Source: Diplonema japonicum
Lineage: Eukaryota; Protista; Euglenozoa: Diplonemea
DNA length: 64,000 nucleotides
Direction of reading: 5' to 3'
Assembly: GCA_964019335.1 (NCBI GenBank)
Contig: OZ025658.1
Coordinates: 1-64,000, forward strand
Shown: positions 1 to 11,414 of the stretch, in pieces
How the letters are laid out: every line of letters starts with the position of its first letter
Numbering within the stretch: position 1 is the first letter of the stretch
Notes under the pieces: model-generated
The model's database searches: none
What the model was told of the DNA's origin: nothing
Seen by the model: only the letters and a program-made list of their open reading frames with translations
Position numbers and translations under genes: made by a program

Positions 1-1191
1 CAAAGAATGTAAATGCCTATAAAAGGTGAAAAACGGGATTCTGGGTAGTAAAAAAAACATCAGATTGGGTGGTTTCTTTGGTGTTTGGCATTTGCCTTTA
101 AACGACGAATTTTCGATTGAGAAAAAAATTCGGCTTAGTTCAAGTAAAAGGCTCTAGTGGCGAATATGGGATCTCTTCCTTCCGGCATTTGTTGGGTGTG
201 GGGCATTGGGGGAAAAGTAGGCCACCCGAACTACATGCGGGCAATCTTTTAAAGATTGCTTTCTGGCCAGTGAGCCAATGAACCCGATTGTCTGGTGCGA
301 AAACACATAGAATTTTCTGGCAAAACTGAAAAAAAGTGAATTTTATCGACGTTTTTAAGGCTTATATGACCCCCCCCCCCCCCCCCCCCCCCACGTTCCA
401 CTCAATTTATTTCCCCTTTTCTTTTTTCTTTCTACTCTTGTTTTCCTCCCTTTTTTTGCCTTCCCTTCCCTCATATATTGTTTTTTTTTTATTTTTTTTA
501 TTTTTTTTTTTTAAATTCAAACCTCTCATTCGTTGTGTATTTCTTTTTTCTCCACTAAAAAAAAAAAAAAAAAAAAACCTGTTGATATGTTCACTGTAAA
601 AAAAAATTAAATAAAAATTAAAATAATAATCGCACCGGGATAAGTAAAGAAAAAAAAAACAATGAAAACTAGGAATTCAAGGTTAGCATTGCTGCGCTTA
701 CCAGCTAGTTCATTGCAGCTTCAAAAAAAAGAAATACCCCCTTTTTTTACAGAAATAGAATTAAAAAAAAACAAAGAAACTAAGGGCTTGTGTTTATTAT
801 TCGTTAAAAAATGGAAAATAGGGGGGAAAAAAAAAAGAAAATACAAGGAATAAAAGAGAGAAATGAACAGAGGGGAAAGGAAACAGCAATAAAATGTATT
901 CACAAGCCAAAAAAAAAAAAATAGGGGGGGAAAAAAAAAGGAAAACAGCACTACAACACACATATAAACGGAAAAAATCTTTCATCTAAGGAAGATAAGT
1001 ATGGGGGGTGGAAATAGTGGTGGAGTGGGGGGGGGAGAGGAGGTACAAAAAAAAATTAGGGGGAAAAAAATCTTTTTTAGGCCACAAGGATTTCTTCTTT
1101 TTTTTTGTGTGTCAAAGCAAAGTGACCTTACACCAATATCAGACTGGCCAAACGAATGGCCTTTCTTTAAAAAAACCTTTTTATTCAATTC

Positions 1192-1234
<43 letters not shown>

Positions 1235-1389
1235 TACAACAGGGAAGTGTTTCAACACACGACCACCAAAAAAAACCTGCTTGTTTTTTTTTTTCTCTTT
1301 CTTTCTTTTTTTTTCCTTTTTTTGTTCCCCTTTCTTTTTTTTTTTTTTTTTGACTAAACGGCACTTTTTTTTGTTGTTTAAATTCTTCA

Positions 1390-1433
<44 letters not shown>

Positions 1434-1823
1434 CATCCGTCTCTTATATACTTTTCTATTGGATTTGATGACATTTGATATAGAAAGGTGGACATAAAAA
1501 CGCACTTGCCCGGCAATGTTGACTAATTACGCCTGAGAGAACTGGCCTCTCTTTTGTACTACTAGTCGTTTAAGACATATGAGAATTGAAAAGTATAAGA
1601 GTACTAGATTGATAATTGAAGAAGAAAAAAGGAAACCTTTTAATTAAAGAAGAAAGATGGTAAGGATCACGGAGGAGAGAGAATGAGTGAGGTGTACTTT
1701 CGGCGAACCCCCCCGTATGCTTTTATAACAGTCAGATCACCAAAAAATAAGAAAATAGAGGGGGAAAAAAAAGTGAGAAGATGAACTTTAAATGCTTTTT
1801 TTCTTTTTTAAAAAGCAATTTAA

Positions 1824-2807
1824 CCATCTACCAACGAGCGTCTTTATAGAGACGATTTGAAAAAAAATCTTTTGCGCAAAGGGCTTTCAATGCAATACAG
1901 CCCGGCCACTTCTCGCATCCGGGTCCTGCGCGGAAAATATGAAAAATATAAACTAAATGCTGCCCTAACTTAACAAGAAAAAGAAAAAAGAAAAAAAAAC
2001 GCCAGCCCAAATTTACCCTTAAAAATCACTTCAAAAAAGGGTGCCCAGAAAGAGGCCGGAAGAGGACATTATGAGTGATGGTAGCACTGATGGCTCATCC
2101 CTATTATGCACTTTTGGTACGGACAGTGATTCTGATACGAATTCGACCGATTCCGAGTCACAGCAGGGTGATTGGACGGCAAAGCCGGAGCGGTTGGAAG
2201 GCATCCGGGTTCGTGAAGATCGGAATCCTTGTGGACCCCAAATTTGACGTGTCGGCCAAAAGAGAATGAAAGCCGGAAAGGACACCCCACTCCCCACCAA
2301 GTGCATATTTACAACACCGCAATGGGCGGAACCGACGCTGGGTGATGCTGTGACAAAACGCCATAAACGCACCCTTATGACTTCGAAGTGGCCCCTGAAA
2401 GTATTTCGTACTTGTTAGATAAATCTCTGGCAAATGCTTGGCTTGTTGGAAAGAAGCATTGCCCCCCAACACCCTGAGTACGAACGACAGTGGATTCACG
2501 CCTTTCAAAGAGGCAGTCATCGAAGGGCTACTAGGGAGGCAGTCTAAACAACAGCTAGTCAACTACAGAGCAGGCTGCCCCAATACCACAGAACGAGTGC
2601 CCTGAGACCCCAATGCGCCGCGATAGTACCTTCTGGGACCATTTCCCCGAAAAGGGGTGGGCCCTGCTGTGGGCACCCTCTCTCTAGAATTGGGACATCT
2701 GGAGGCATTTCCGGGGGCATATAGCCCCGGCGTTGCGCTAGAATAGCTTTTTTTGAAGTTTTGAAAATTTACCCCCTGGTGGGCAAAAATGGTCCGTTGG
2801 TAGATGG
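1824..2807 (+). mobile_element. Non-autonomous piggyBac-like DNA transposon (internal deletion derivative, 984 bp)
   Basis: Perfect 13-bp TIR CCATCTACCAACG (1824-1836) / CGTTGGTAGATGG (2795-2807), with TTTAA on both flanks (1819-1823, 2808-2812). Inside are an acidic N-terminal remnant (2041-2247) and a frameshifted KWPLKVF/YLLDKSLANAWLV...FKEAVIEGLL (about 2386-2535) resembling the C-terminal core of piggyBac/PGBD transposases. Confidence 0.8.
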
Positions 2808-3676
2808 TTTAAAAAAAAAAACCTTGTAGGTTTTCCCTCTCTCCCTCCTTTTTTTTCTTTTTTTTTTTTCTCTTCCTCTCCTTTTTTTTTTTTTTTTTTT
2901 TGTTATTTCTTTTTCTTTTTTTGGCTAATTTCTTGAATTATAGCATTTTTTTTTTTTGTGCACTTTTTTCTTTTTCTTTTTCTGAGTGACGTTTTTATTG
3001 TGCTCCACAACAAACAGTTTCTTGTTTCTCTTTTCTTTGAGAAAAGCAATCACAAAGCTTCTGTTGTTTTCCATTTCCTTTTTCCCTTTCAAAAAAAAAA
3101 TGAAAGGAAAGGGGGAAAAGGGTGATAAAAGGAGCATGAGACTCCCTTTAAACAGAAGGAGGGGGGGACGGAAGAAGTGATAGGGTAGAATAGGGGAGGG
3201 GAAAGAATGCCGTTTGTATGTTTTTGTTTCTTTTTTTTCCGTTTTTTTTTTTTTCCCTTTTTTCTCTTAGTTTCATTTATAATATAAGTAACTAACAAAA
3301 AGAAGGGAACAAATCGCCCCCCCTCCTGTCTTTTAGCATACTTGCCCTTTTTTTGTATTTTTTTTTTTCTCCTGCTTCTGGTTTTCTCTTTGTTTTTTTT
3401 TTTTTTTTTTTTTTTTCTTCGTCGTACCCTGTGCAGGGTTCAGTATACAGCAGAGTAGCAGCAATTCTACCCCGATTTTTGAATAATATTTCTCTTTTTT
3501 TGTGTTGATTCATTTTTTTGTTCGCACGCACGCTACAAACCCTTGAGATAAGTACTGTGTGCCACAACTACCCCCCTTCTTTTGTTATTTATTATGTAGA
3601 AGAAGCTCAATCAAGTAGACCGTCTTGCCATAGGGCATCACGAACACTGGCCTCAAAAAAAAAAAAAAAAAAAAAA

Positions 3677-3720
3677 GAGAGACATTTAAGGGTACCTGCG
3701 GTATGTGACAGGACGCCTAC
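3677..3720 (-). mobile_element. Ultra-short 3'-terminal fragment of the non-LTR retroelement seen at 41217-41525
   Basis: 3679-3712 matches 41217-41250 at 33/34 nt. The island is flanked by A22 and A29 on + (T-tracts on the element sense strand). Confidence 0.7.
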
Positions 3721-4014
3721 AAAAAAAAAAAAAAAAAAAAAAAAAAAAACGTCATAGAATTCTTTCGCTTTCCGTTGTTTTTTTGCTTCTTCTTTTTTTC
3801 TTTTCCCTTTTTTATGAAAGAAAAAGAAAAAAACAATAAAAAAAATATAAACAATAAGAAAAGAAATAGAGAAAAAAAATTTAAAAAAAAGCAAAAAAAA
3901 AGGGGGGGTTCCCAAAAGTAAGAAAAGAAAGAAGAAGAAAAAGAGAGAAAAAAAAACGGCAAGGGGAGGAGGGGGGGTGGGGGAGGTAAAAAAAAAAAAA
4001 CTTTATCAGATTCT

Positions 4015-4713
4015 TCATTCAAGAAGCGTGGGCATGCCTTCAAGTTCCAGCTCATCAGGGTTTGTCGAGGAACACTCTGTCGACTCACCTGAGTAATCAG
4101 TATCACCTGAACGGACAACAGCAGTGGCAAGTTGCATGGTGGCCTTCATGATGAGGGACTCAGGGTCGTCTGTGGTTGGTGTGGTGCTGAGCATCACAAG
4201 GTGGTCAGTGGCAGCAACAAAATCCTTGAGGATTGTAGGTCCTGACGGTGGTGTCTTCCCACGGGTGGCGCAGGCAACAAGTTCCACAGCTGACTTCCTC
4301 AAGAAGGTTGCACCCAAGGAGTTGCGGACGGTGTTGGCAGCAGGCCACATGGTGGGCTGCTTCAAGAACCTTGCTACGTAAGTGTAGACCTTGGCCTGCC
4401 CTTCAGCGTCATTGGAGTACTTCCCGATCTTGGAGATGGCCGTGAGAACGTCAGTCATGCTGAGAAGGTCCTCGGGGCCCACCACCATGCCCTTCAGAGC
4501 TTCGTCCCACCACTTGTCCCCATATTCCCCTTCGCACCCGAAGAACGTCTCCAACTGCATCCTCATCACGTGCAGGTCTTGCATCAACGTGTCAGGGTCA
4601 GCCGTGACCACAGCCGCCGTCACAGGCATGCTCACCAACCCGTACTGGGTGGCCATCGCCACGTAGGTCACCTTTTGCTGAGGGGCCGCGTAGTTGCTCC
4701 AAGGAAGAGACAT
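4015..4713 (-). CDS. Hypothetical protein, 232 aa
   Basis: High-complexity GC-rich ORF co-oriented with the cluster; ATG preceded by CAG plus an A-rich leader; no recognised motif. Confidence 0.75.
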   Translation of the reverse strand: MSLPWSNYAAPQQKVTYVAMATQYGLVSMPVTAAVVTADPDTLMQDLHVMRMQLETFFGCEGEYGDKWWDEALKGMVVGPEDLLSMTDVLTAISKIGKYSNDAEGQAKVYTYVARFLKQPTMWPAANTVRNSLGATFLRKSAVELVACATRGKTPPSGPTILKDFVAATDHLVMLSTTPTTDDPESLIMKATMQLATAVVRSGDTDYSGESTECSSTNPDELELEGMPTLLE

Positions 4714-5105
4714 TTTCTTTTTTTTTTTTTTTTTTTCCTGTACACGATTTGCTTTAAGAAATTGAAGGGGGGGGGGGGGGGGGGAAGTTACATTTTCTTT
4801 TTCATTTTTTTTTTTTAAAAAGGGGGGAAATTATTTTCTTTTTGAGTCCAAAAAGGATTTTTCGTCGGTTCATGACCAAAAATAGTTTTCACGTTGGGCA
4901 GACCCGGAACGAGTTTTTTTTTTTTTTTTTTTTTTTTTGCGTCTGTTCCTTAAAAGCTAGGGTTGTAACAAAATATGAATGCCTTTTTTTTTTTTTTTTT
5001 TTGGTCTCTAAAAAATACCCCCCCTAAAAAAAACACTGCACCACATTGATACATCAAAAAATTTACAGAAAAAAAAGAGAAAAAAAAAAAAAAAAAACGG
5101 GAACT

Positions 5106-5828
5106 CTACTTATCGATCTTTGCGAACCTACCTCTGGGGAGGGAGATGACAGCCTTATCGCCGGGGCGAGCATTGTGGGCGGTGATTGGGATCTGCTCAT
5201 CGTTCTCCTCGATGAGTGCCATGTACTTCCCGCCAAGCTGCGAGACGTTAGAAATGGTGAAGATGCCTGTGGGCGGCATCTTAAGCTCCAGCAGCTGCTC
5301 CTCAACAGTTAGCCCCTGCATCATCATGTCGGGAGTGAGCCACTTCAGGGTGTTCACGTCACCATCGTGAATAAGATCACCGAACTCTTCACCAGTCGTC
5401 TCAAAGAACTTGTCCTTGCCCTGTGCGTGTGCTTTTATTTCTTCATTGGTCTCTCATACCTCCAGCTTCAGCTCAGCGTTTGTTTCCATCAGCTGGAAGA
5501 CAAGAGTCTCTTTTTCTTCGTTCACTTCTGTAAACATAAGCTTTAGTTTGTTCACTTCCAGCAGCCTGTTGAACTTCAGGCCGCTCGCAACGACTTCTCT
5601 GCCCTTCTTGATGCCAGACATGCACAGGTACCTCATCTCGCCTGTTGCCGCACCTCGGCCTCGCGACGTGGTCGACCTGTCCACCACCTTCCCGATCACA
5701 CCTTCGTGGAAGATGAACTCCCCTCGCTTGATCGCCAGCACCTCCACAGCTTCCGTTTCGTAGTTCCTTCTCTGCACCAATGGTGCCATGCCCAATGACC
5801 GCCCTATGCGCCCAAATGCCTTTAACAT
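5106..5828 (-). CDS. Elongation factor P-like protein, probably mitochondrial; 1 intron (5421-5459)
   Basis: Arg-rich presequence-like N-terminus; VLAIKRGEFIFHEG...STTSRGRGAAT matches the EF-P/EfpL KOW-like domain and tip loop; a 39-nt GTATG..CAG intron joins KLE|GKDK in frame. Confidence 0.7.
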
Positions 5829-6524
5829 TTTTCTTTTCCTTTTTTTTTTTTGGACAGGTGGTCCCGCTGTTTTTTTCTTTTTTTTTTTCTTTTTTTTTTT
5901 TTTTGTTCACTCTGAAGTACAGTGCACTATCGTGCAGACATCAGAGGGGGCGGCGCACTGGGAGCGGAAGAACATCGAGTCCGAGATCTTTGTGGTAGCA
6001 ATCCCCCAACAGGGAGGTCGTACCTTGGCACGGCAACGGAAGCCGAAGACTGAGGCCAACCTTAGCTCCAAGGCCCTGAGGAAAGGGTGCCCAATTGATC
6101 CGATCGAAGCGCAAGGGGCCCCCCTCCCGTACTTCTTTCTTTTGATCAACAAAATTAAAACGCAAGAACAAAAAAATAGATAGTGTTGAAGTGAGGCTTT
6201 TTTTTTTTAAATTATCTTTTTTGTTTAAAACTCACTCATGATGGGGGAGAAGAATGACCACCACCCGCAGTTGTGCCTGCCTAACAACACCCTGCTTACA
6301 GTAGTGCATAGTTGTAGGCCCCTTTCAGCTTAATCGCCAGCTTCGACACAACAGAGCTGACCACAGACAATGGATAGCAAATGACGGCTGCGCTACGAAA
6401 AGGCGCACTTCTTTCTTTTCTTTTTCTTTTTTTTTTACAAAACAAAACAAAAAAAAAAAAGTCCCCCGCCCAGGCCGTTCTAACCCCCCTCCCCATCCCC
6501 ATATCCTGTTCTATCCTCTGGTCT

Positions 6525-8406
6525 CTACAATGCGTGTCCACCAGAAGTGACACACTTCAAATAGTCCGCCATCGTGACAAGAGGGCCACCTCCATACTTC
6601 GCAAGGAAGTACTCCCAATCCTCGAGGGTGATTGGGCAGTAATAGTCTTTGAATTCAGCAACGGAAGACGGTGAGTCATCAGCTGCATCGAAGGGGTATG
6701 AAGTACGGTTGGGGATGAGACCGGCATCCGTGGCTAGCGCGCACTTAATGAGCCAGTTCTTGGAAATGAAGACGGGTTCAGACGATGTGAGCTCTTTAAT
6801 TTTCTTCGCGAGGCTGTCGGGTCCATACTGTGAGAGGCTGGCGAGGTACGAGGAGGCCTTTTCCTTGTCCCACTTTCTATCCGGCGGTGACAGTGCCTGC
6901 CGTTTATACACCAAAATATAAGCTTGTTCAGAGGCGATGACCTCTCTTGTCGTGAGCCCTAACATCGAGTCATTGCAGAGCACCCATCTGCCCCTCTTCA
7001 GCACATATGACACGTAGTGTCCACCAAAGTACGACCCCCTATGCGTTACCAGCCCTGTCAAGGTGTACGTAGTGGTTGGAGGCAGTGGTAGGTCGGACGT
7101 GTCAAAGAATTCCGCCAAGTCCAGTACCTCGTCTGTGTCCTCGACGCTGCCCGATGTCCAGTCCAAAGGGAAGCTCACGTGATTGTTGATCTTCCTTGTC
7201 CAGTAGTTGGAGTGGTCCCACCTCTTGAAGTTGATGACGAGGTACTCTGGAAGCTCCAGCAAGTTCAGTTTTTTCACAGCATCTTGCAGCCCGTCGCAGT
7301 GCGGGCACTCATACTTGTTGGATCGTGTCATGGCCTCGTCCCTGCAGTGCGCCGCCAAGCACTCCCTCAGCGTCAGGGGCTCGTCCTCAGCATTCCCAAA
7401 GATTCCTAACGTGCTTGTAATGAGGCTGCGCACCAGGCCGCTCATCAGCAGGTATGTGTTATAAAACACATTGCCCCGCACCTCCGTCGACACTGCATCC
7501 TGTGGGTCTTCCTTCTCCTTGCTGGCCTCCCGTATGCTGCGGAGCTGTGCTACTGACGGCATTTCAAGCTGGAAGAAAGTTTTTTGTTCCCCTTTTTTTC
7601 TCCTTATTATCATACCGTAAGGCACGTGAAGGGCTCCACACGGCGACCCCGCTGGTTGCAACCGCCACAAGTCACAGAACTGGCCACACGCCCTTGGAAG
7701 AGGTCTGTCACAGAGGAACGGTATATCTTTTTTTTTTTTTTTAATATTTCCCCCCTCCGAATTCCTGACATACCCTAGGATAGTATGCACCGGAAGAAAA
7801 ATTTATCTTGCCCTTCCGCTTTGCGACACGGTCGCTGCAGAGCTGGTCGAGCTTGATGTTGGTCTTGTAAAGGGTGTCGAGGTAGGTGTGGAGTTGTAAC
7901 TCGTGGAGAGAGGCGGGATCGGTGGGGGTGGTCGAGGTGTACCCTTTCAAGAGGGAAGGTATGTGGAAGGGGTCTCGCAAGACGTCATCAAGGGCAGCAA
8001 TCAGTGCTGTGATGAACTCGTGAGAGTCCTGCTGACCAAAGCCGATGAATTGCTGATTGACACTCATAACATCTTGCCAGAACAGTCGGGGGTTGATGGG
8101 GGTACTGTTCCCGCTTTCTCGAATGCTCGATAATAGCTGCTGCCACCGTCCCAACAGCCTTTCTTTTCTCACCTCTTCTGCCCGTCCTTTCCCCCGCCCT
8201 CCTTCCTCTATCATGTAGCTGAAAATGTCGCAGTTCGCCACGACCTGTACCCCACTGTTGAGGTAGCACGTGTTCCCTATGTTGTGCATCCCCCGCAAGC
8301 CATTCCTGTACGCCACCAACAGCCGCTCTTCGCTTTCCTCAGCTTCTTCGTCTTCTTCTTCTTCTTCTTCTTCCTCTGCACGGGCTTCGTCTTCTAGATT
8401 TGGCAT
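6525..8406 (-). CDS. Ubiquitin-specific protease (peptidase C19); introns 7569-7615 and 7727-7773
   Basis: Cys box GMHNIGNTCYLNS, QQDSHEF and His box HRGSYFGGHYVSY. Splicing restores SSVTDLFQG..VTCGGC..EPFTCLTLEMP. Confidence 0.93.
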
Positions 8407-11114
8407 TTCTTTTCTCCCCCTTTCTTCGTCCCCCTTTTTTGTTGTTTTCGCGTGGAAAAATTGAAAAAAAGGAAAAAAGAAGAAAAAGGAAGCGTCTTAC
8501 CCTAGATGCTAATACACCACCACCACCCCCAGAAAAAAGCAAAAAAAAAAAAAGAAACTTCGTAAAAAAAAAAGGGGGGGGGGAATAAAAACGAAAAATA
8601 AAGAGATGAGATACAGGAGGTTCTTGCTTCTTTTTCTTCTTCTTCTTTTCTTTTCTTTTTTTTTTGGGGGGGGGATCTCAACTTGTTTACTTACCCCCTT
8701 TCCCCTATTCTCTGATGCAAAAAAGTTGGCCTTTTCTGTTCCGCTCCAGACTCTTCTTGGCACTTGTGGTCCTGAGTGCATAGTATCCGCTTGTCTCTCT
8801 GACCTTCCTCTGATGCGTGCTGTGTTCCACCCTTCTTGAATTCCTTCTAGAGGAAAATAACTAATAAAGGTCCGTAAAAAAGAAGATGCTTAGAATAAAC
8901 TTATTTCAGTGTGCATGGGGGGGGTCACTGTTCAGGAAGAAATCCACACCAATCGGTCACCGTTCTGCGGTTGCTTTCTGGTGCCTGCGGTGGCTTTTTG
9001 TCGATGAGATGGACGGCATCTGGGCGAGAAAGTGTGCTAGAATAAAAAAAAAATAAACCACTCTCCCACACCGTGTAACATTGCTCTCCCATTGGTTGCG
9101 TGGGTGGGGTGCAATATATTTTCTTGTTTGTTTCTTTTTTTTTTTCGGGGGGAAATGTATCAGTTGTATAAAAAAAAGGAAATTCACTGTGGTAGGAAAC
9201 ACGACCGGGTAGAGGCGTTCAAGCCCTGGCACTAAGGGCGAGTCTAGGGGTTGCTCAGGGAAATTGTTAATTGTGCAAAAAAGAGGTTTGTTGCTTTTGC
9301 ACAGCCAACGAATACATTATAGTTCCTAGGCACCTCCCCCCCCCCCTCTCCCCCAACTCTCTTTTTAGCATTTCTTTTTTTGACAATAATTGTTAACTGC
9401 AAAAAGAAAATGAAAGATAAGAAGCAATATGGAGGACTGGAGACACAGGTTGCAAAGAGAAATAAAAGGCTAAAAAAAAAAAAGAAAAAAAAAAAGAGAA
9501 AAAAAAAGCAAAAAAAGGGAAGAATATATATTTTTGGTGCGATGCAACCTTTTGAGGGGTCTGCTAGGGGGGGTAGGGTCGGGAAGAATCGATATTGCTA
9601 AGTAACTACTGGGCTCCTTGTTTGTTTTTAGTTTTCTTTTTAGTAACGTAACGGTTCCCCCAGGCCTTCCATCTCCAATATACTGGTGGCACCCCCTCCC
9701 AGTTTCTTTCAACAGGGATCTTAGATCTTCGGATAGCTGATTCAGTATTCTTGTAGCCTACATGTAAAAAACGAAAGATTTCGTCATTTTCTCTTCCTTC
9801 TGAAATACACCTTTTCTTTCCCCGTCATTTTTCTTTCGTTGACGAAATCTTTTCGTTTCTTTTTTTTTTTTAACAGTACACAAAAAAAAGGGGGGGAGAG
9901 GGGATAAAAATCACCGGTTTTAGCAACCACCGTAAAACCTGTGGTTGCGTGTTGCTTTTTCTTGTTCTTTTGGTTGTGAATGGAGGACGGAAGAAAAAAA
10001 AAAGAGAGAAAATAAAAAAAGAGGGGGGGGTCCTTCAGGCACACGAGGATCTCCTTACAAACGGGCAATATAAAAAAAAAAACTTTTCTTGTCCATTTTT
10101 CTTTTTTTTTTAATTTTATTCTTTTTATTCTGTGTTGCTGGTAGCGGAACAAAACAAGGGGGGTTTTTTATTTTGTTTTATTTTTTTGTTTATGTTTCCT
10201 TGGGGAAAAAAAGACATAAGTTCTCTATTTTCTTGCGGGGGGGTTCCTCTCGCATTGCACTCCCATGTGTTGCCTTTATTTTATTATTTTTTTTTTTTTG
10301 CACCCTTGACCTAAGGAATCCCTTTTCATCAGGAGGTAAGGTTCCATTTTACCTTAACACGGCTTTTCTTGAACGCGGAACGAGGCCCTACCCAAAGGTT
10401 ACCAAAGGGAATTTCTATTCTTTCTGTTCATTTCTTTTTTTCTTCTTCTTTTTTAATTTTTTTTTATTTCCTTCGCTATCTGAACAAAAGGGAAAACTTC
10501 GGGGCTGGGGCAAGGAGGAGAAAATGTGTAGGGAAAAAAAAAAGAAGAAACCCCCCACCATATCTCTAAAGCCCCAGTCAAGCAAATTCTGAACATTCAA
10601 CCACCCAAAAAAAATGTTTTTTTATCGGACCGAGGTGACGTCCTCCTGCGTCTTGTAGGTTGGAAGTCGGGGGAAATCGATATTTCATGGGATTCATGGG
10701 GATTAATTTTCTTTTCAGCGTATGACGGGTAAGAGACGGTGGTATAAAAAAAACTTTGATGAAGGGAGGGGGGGGGCTTTTTTTTTCCCTGCAAAAGAAA
10801 GTCATCACAACAAAAAAAAAAAACTTTTTTTTTTCTTGGTTGTAAAACTGTAGAAAAAAGAAGAAAGAAAAGAAAAGAAAAGAAAAAAAAACAGAAGAGT
10901 TTTAGCGATTTTGTTGTTTGTGCAAAAAAAAAAAAAAAAAAAAAAAAATCGATCTTTTTAACGTCCACAGCAGGCTCCAAGAGGTACCATAAAGTACATA
11001 GGGTGGTGGGGGGTGGTGAGGGTGTTGTTGCCTGATGACACTTGGAGTGAGCTCCTAACCTATACAACGGAAACAGCCGAACCGCTAAAGAAAGAGAGAA
11101 AAAAAAAAGTGATT

Positions 11115-11351
11115 TTAAGATCTTCTTAAGTTTGCTGTTGCAATGGGGGGTGGCCGTTTTTCCTTGTACTTTAGATGTTGTGACAAGTCATCGCTGTTGG
11201 CGGTCCTGTTCAAGTCGAGGTCTTCATGGTTTTCGCGCTGCCTACGGCCGCCCTTCCCACCACTATGGCAGCTTGCCACTTCTTCACCCTTCCCTTTGCC
11301 CTGTCCAACTTTCTCCCTCGGCGGTGTTTCCTTTGCTGAACAACACCCCAT
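11115..11351 (-). CDS. Small hypothetical protein with N-terminal acylation-like motif (MGCCS)
   Basis: 78-aa non-homopolymeric ORF, co-oriented, ATG after an A-rich leader; MGCC fits myristoylation plus palmitoylation. Confidence 0.5.
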   Translation of the reverse strand: MGCCSAKETPPREKVGQGKGKGEEVASCHSGGKGGRRQRENHEDLDLNRTANSDDLSQHLKYKEKRPPPIATANLRRS

Positions 11352-11382
11352 TTTCTTTTTTTTTTCCCCTCCTCCCTGTTTT

Positions 11383-11414
<32 letters not shown>

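Noticed and set aside
1465-1536. Possible C/D box snoRNA (TTGATGA ... CTGA)
   Set aside because: Short motifs expected by chance, opposite to the gene strand, with no terminal stem or recognisable rRNA guide.
336-3960. Many poly-Phe/poly-Lys ORFs in the track, here and in all spacers
   Set aside because: They are translations of A/T homopolymers with no protein-like content.
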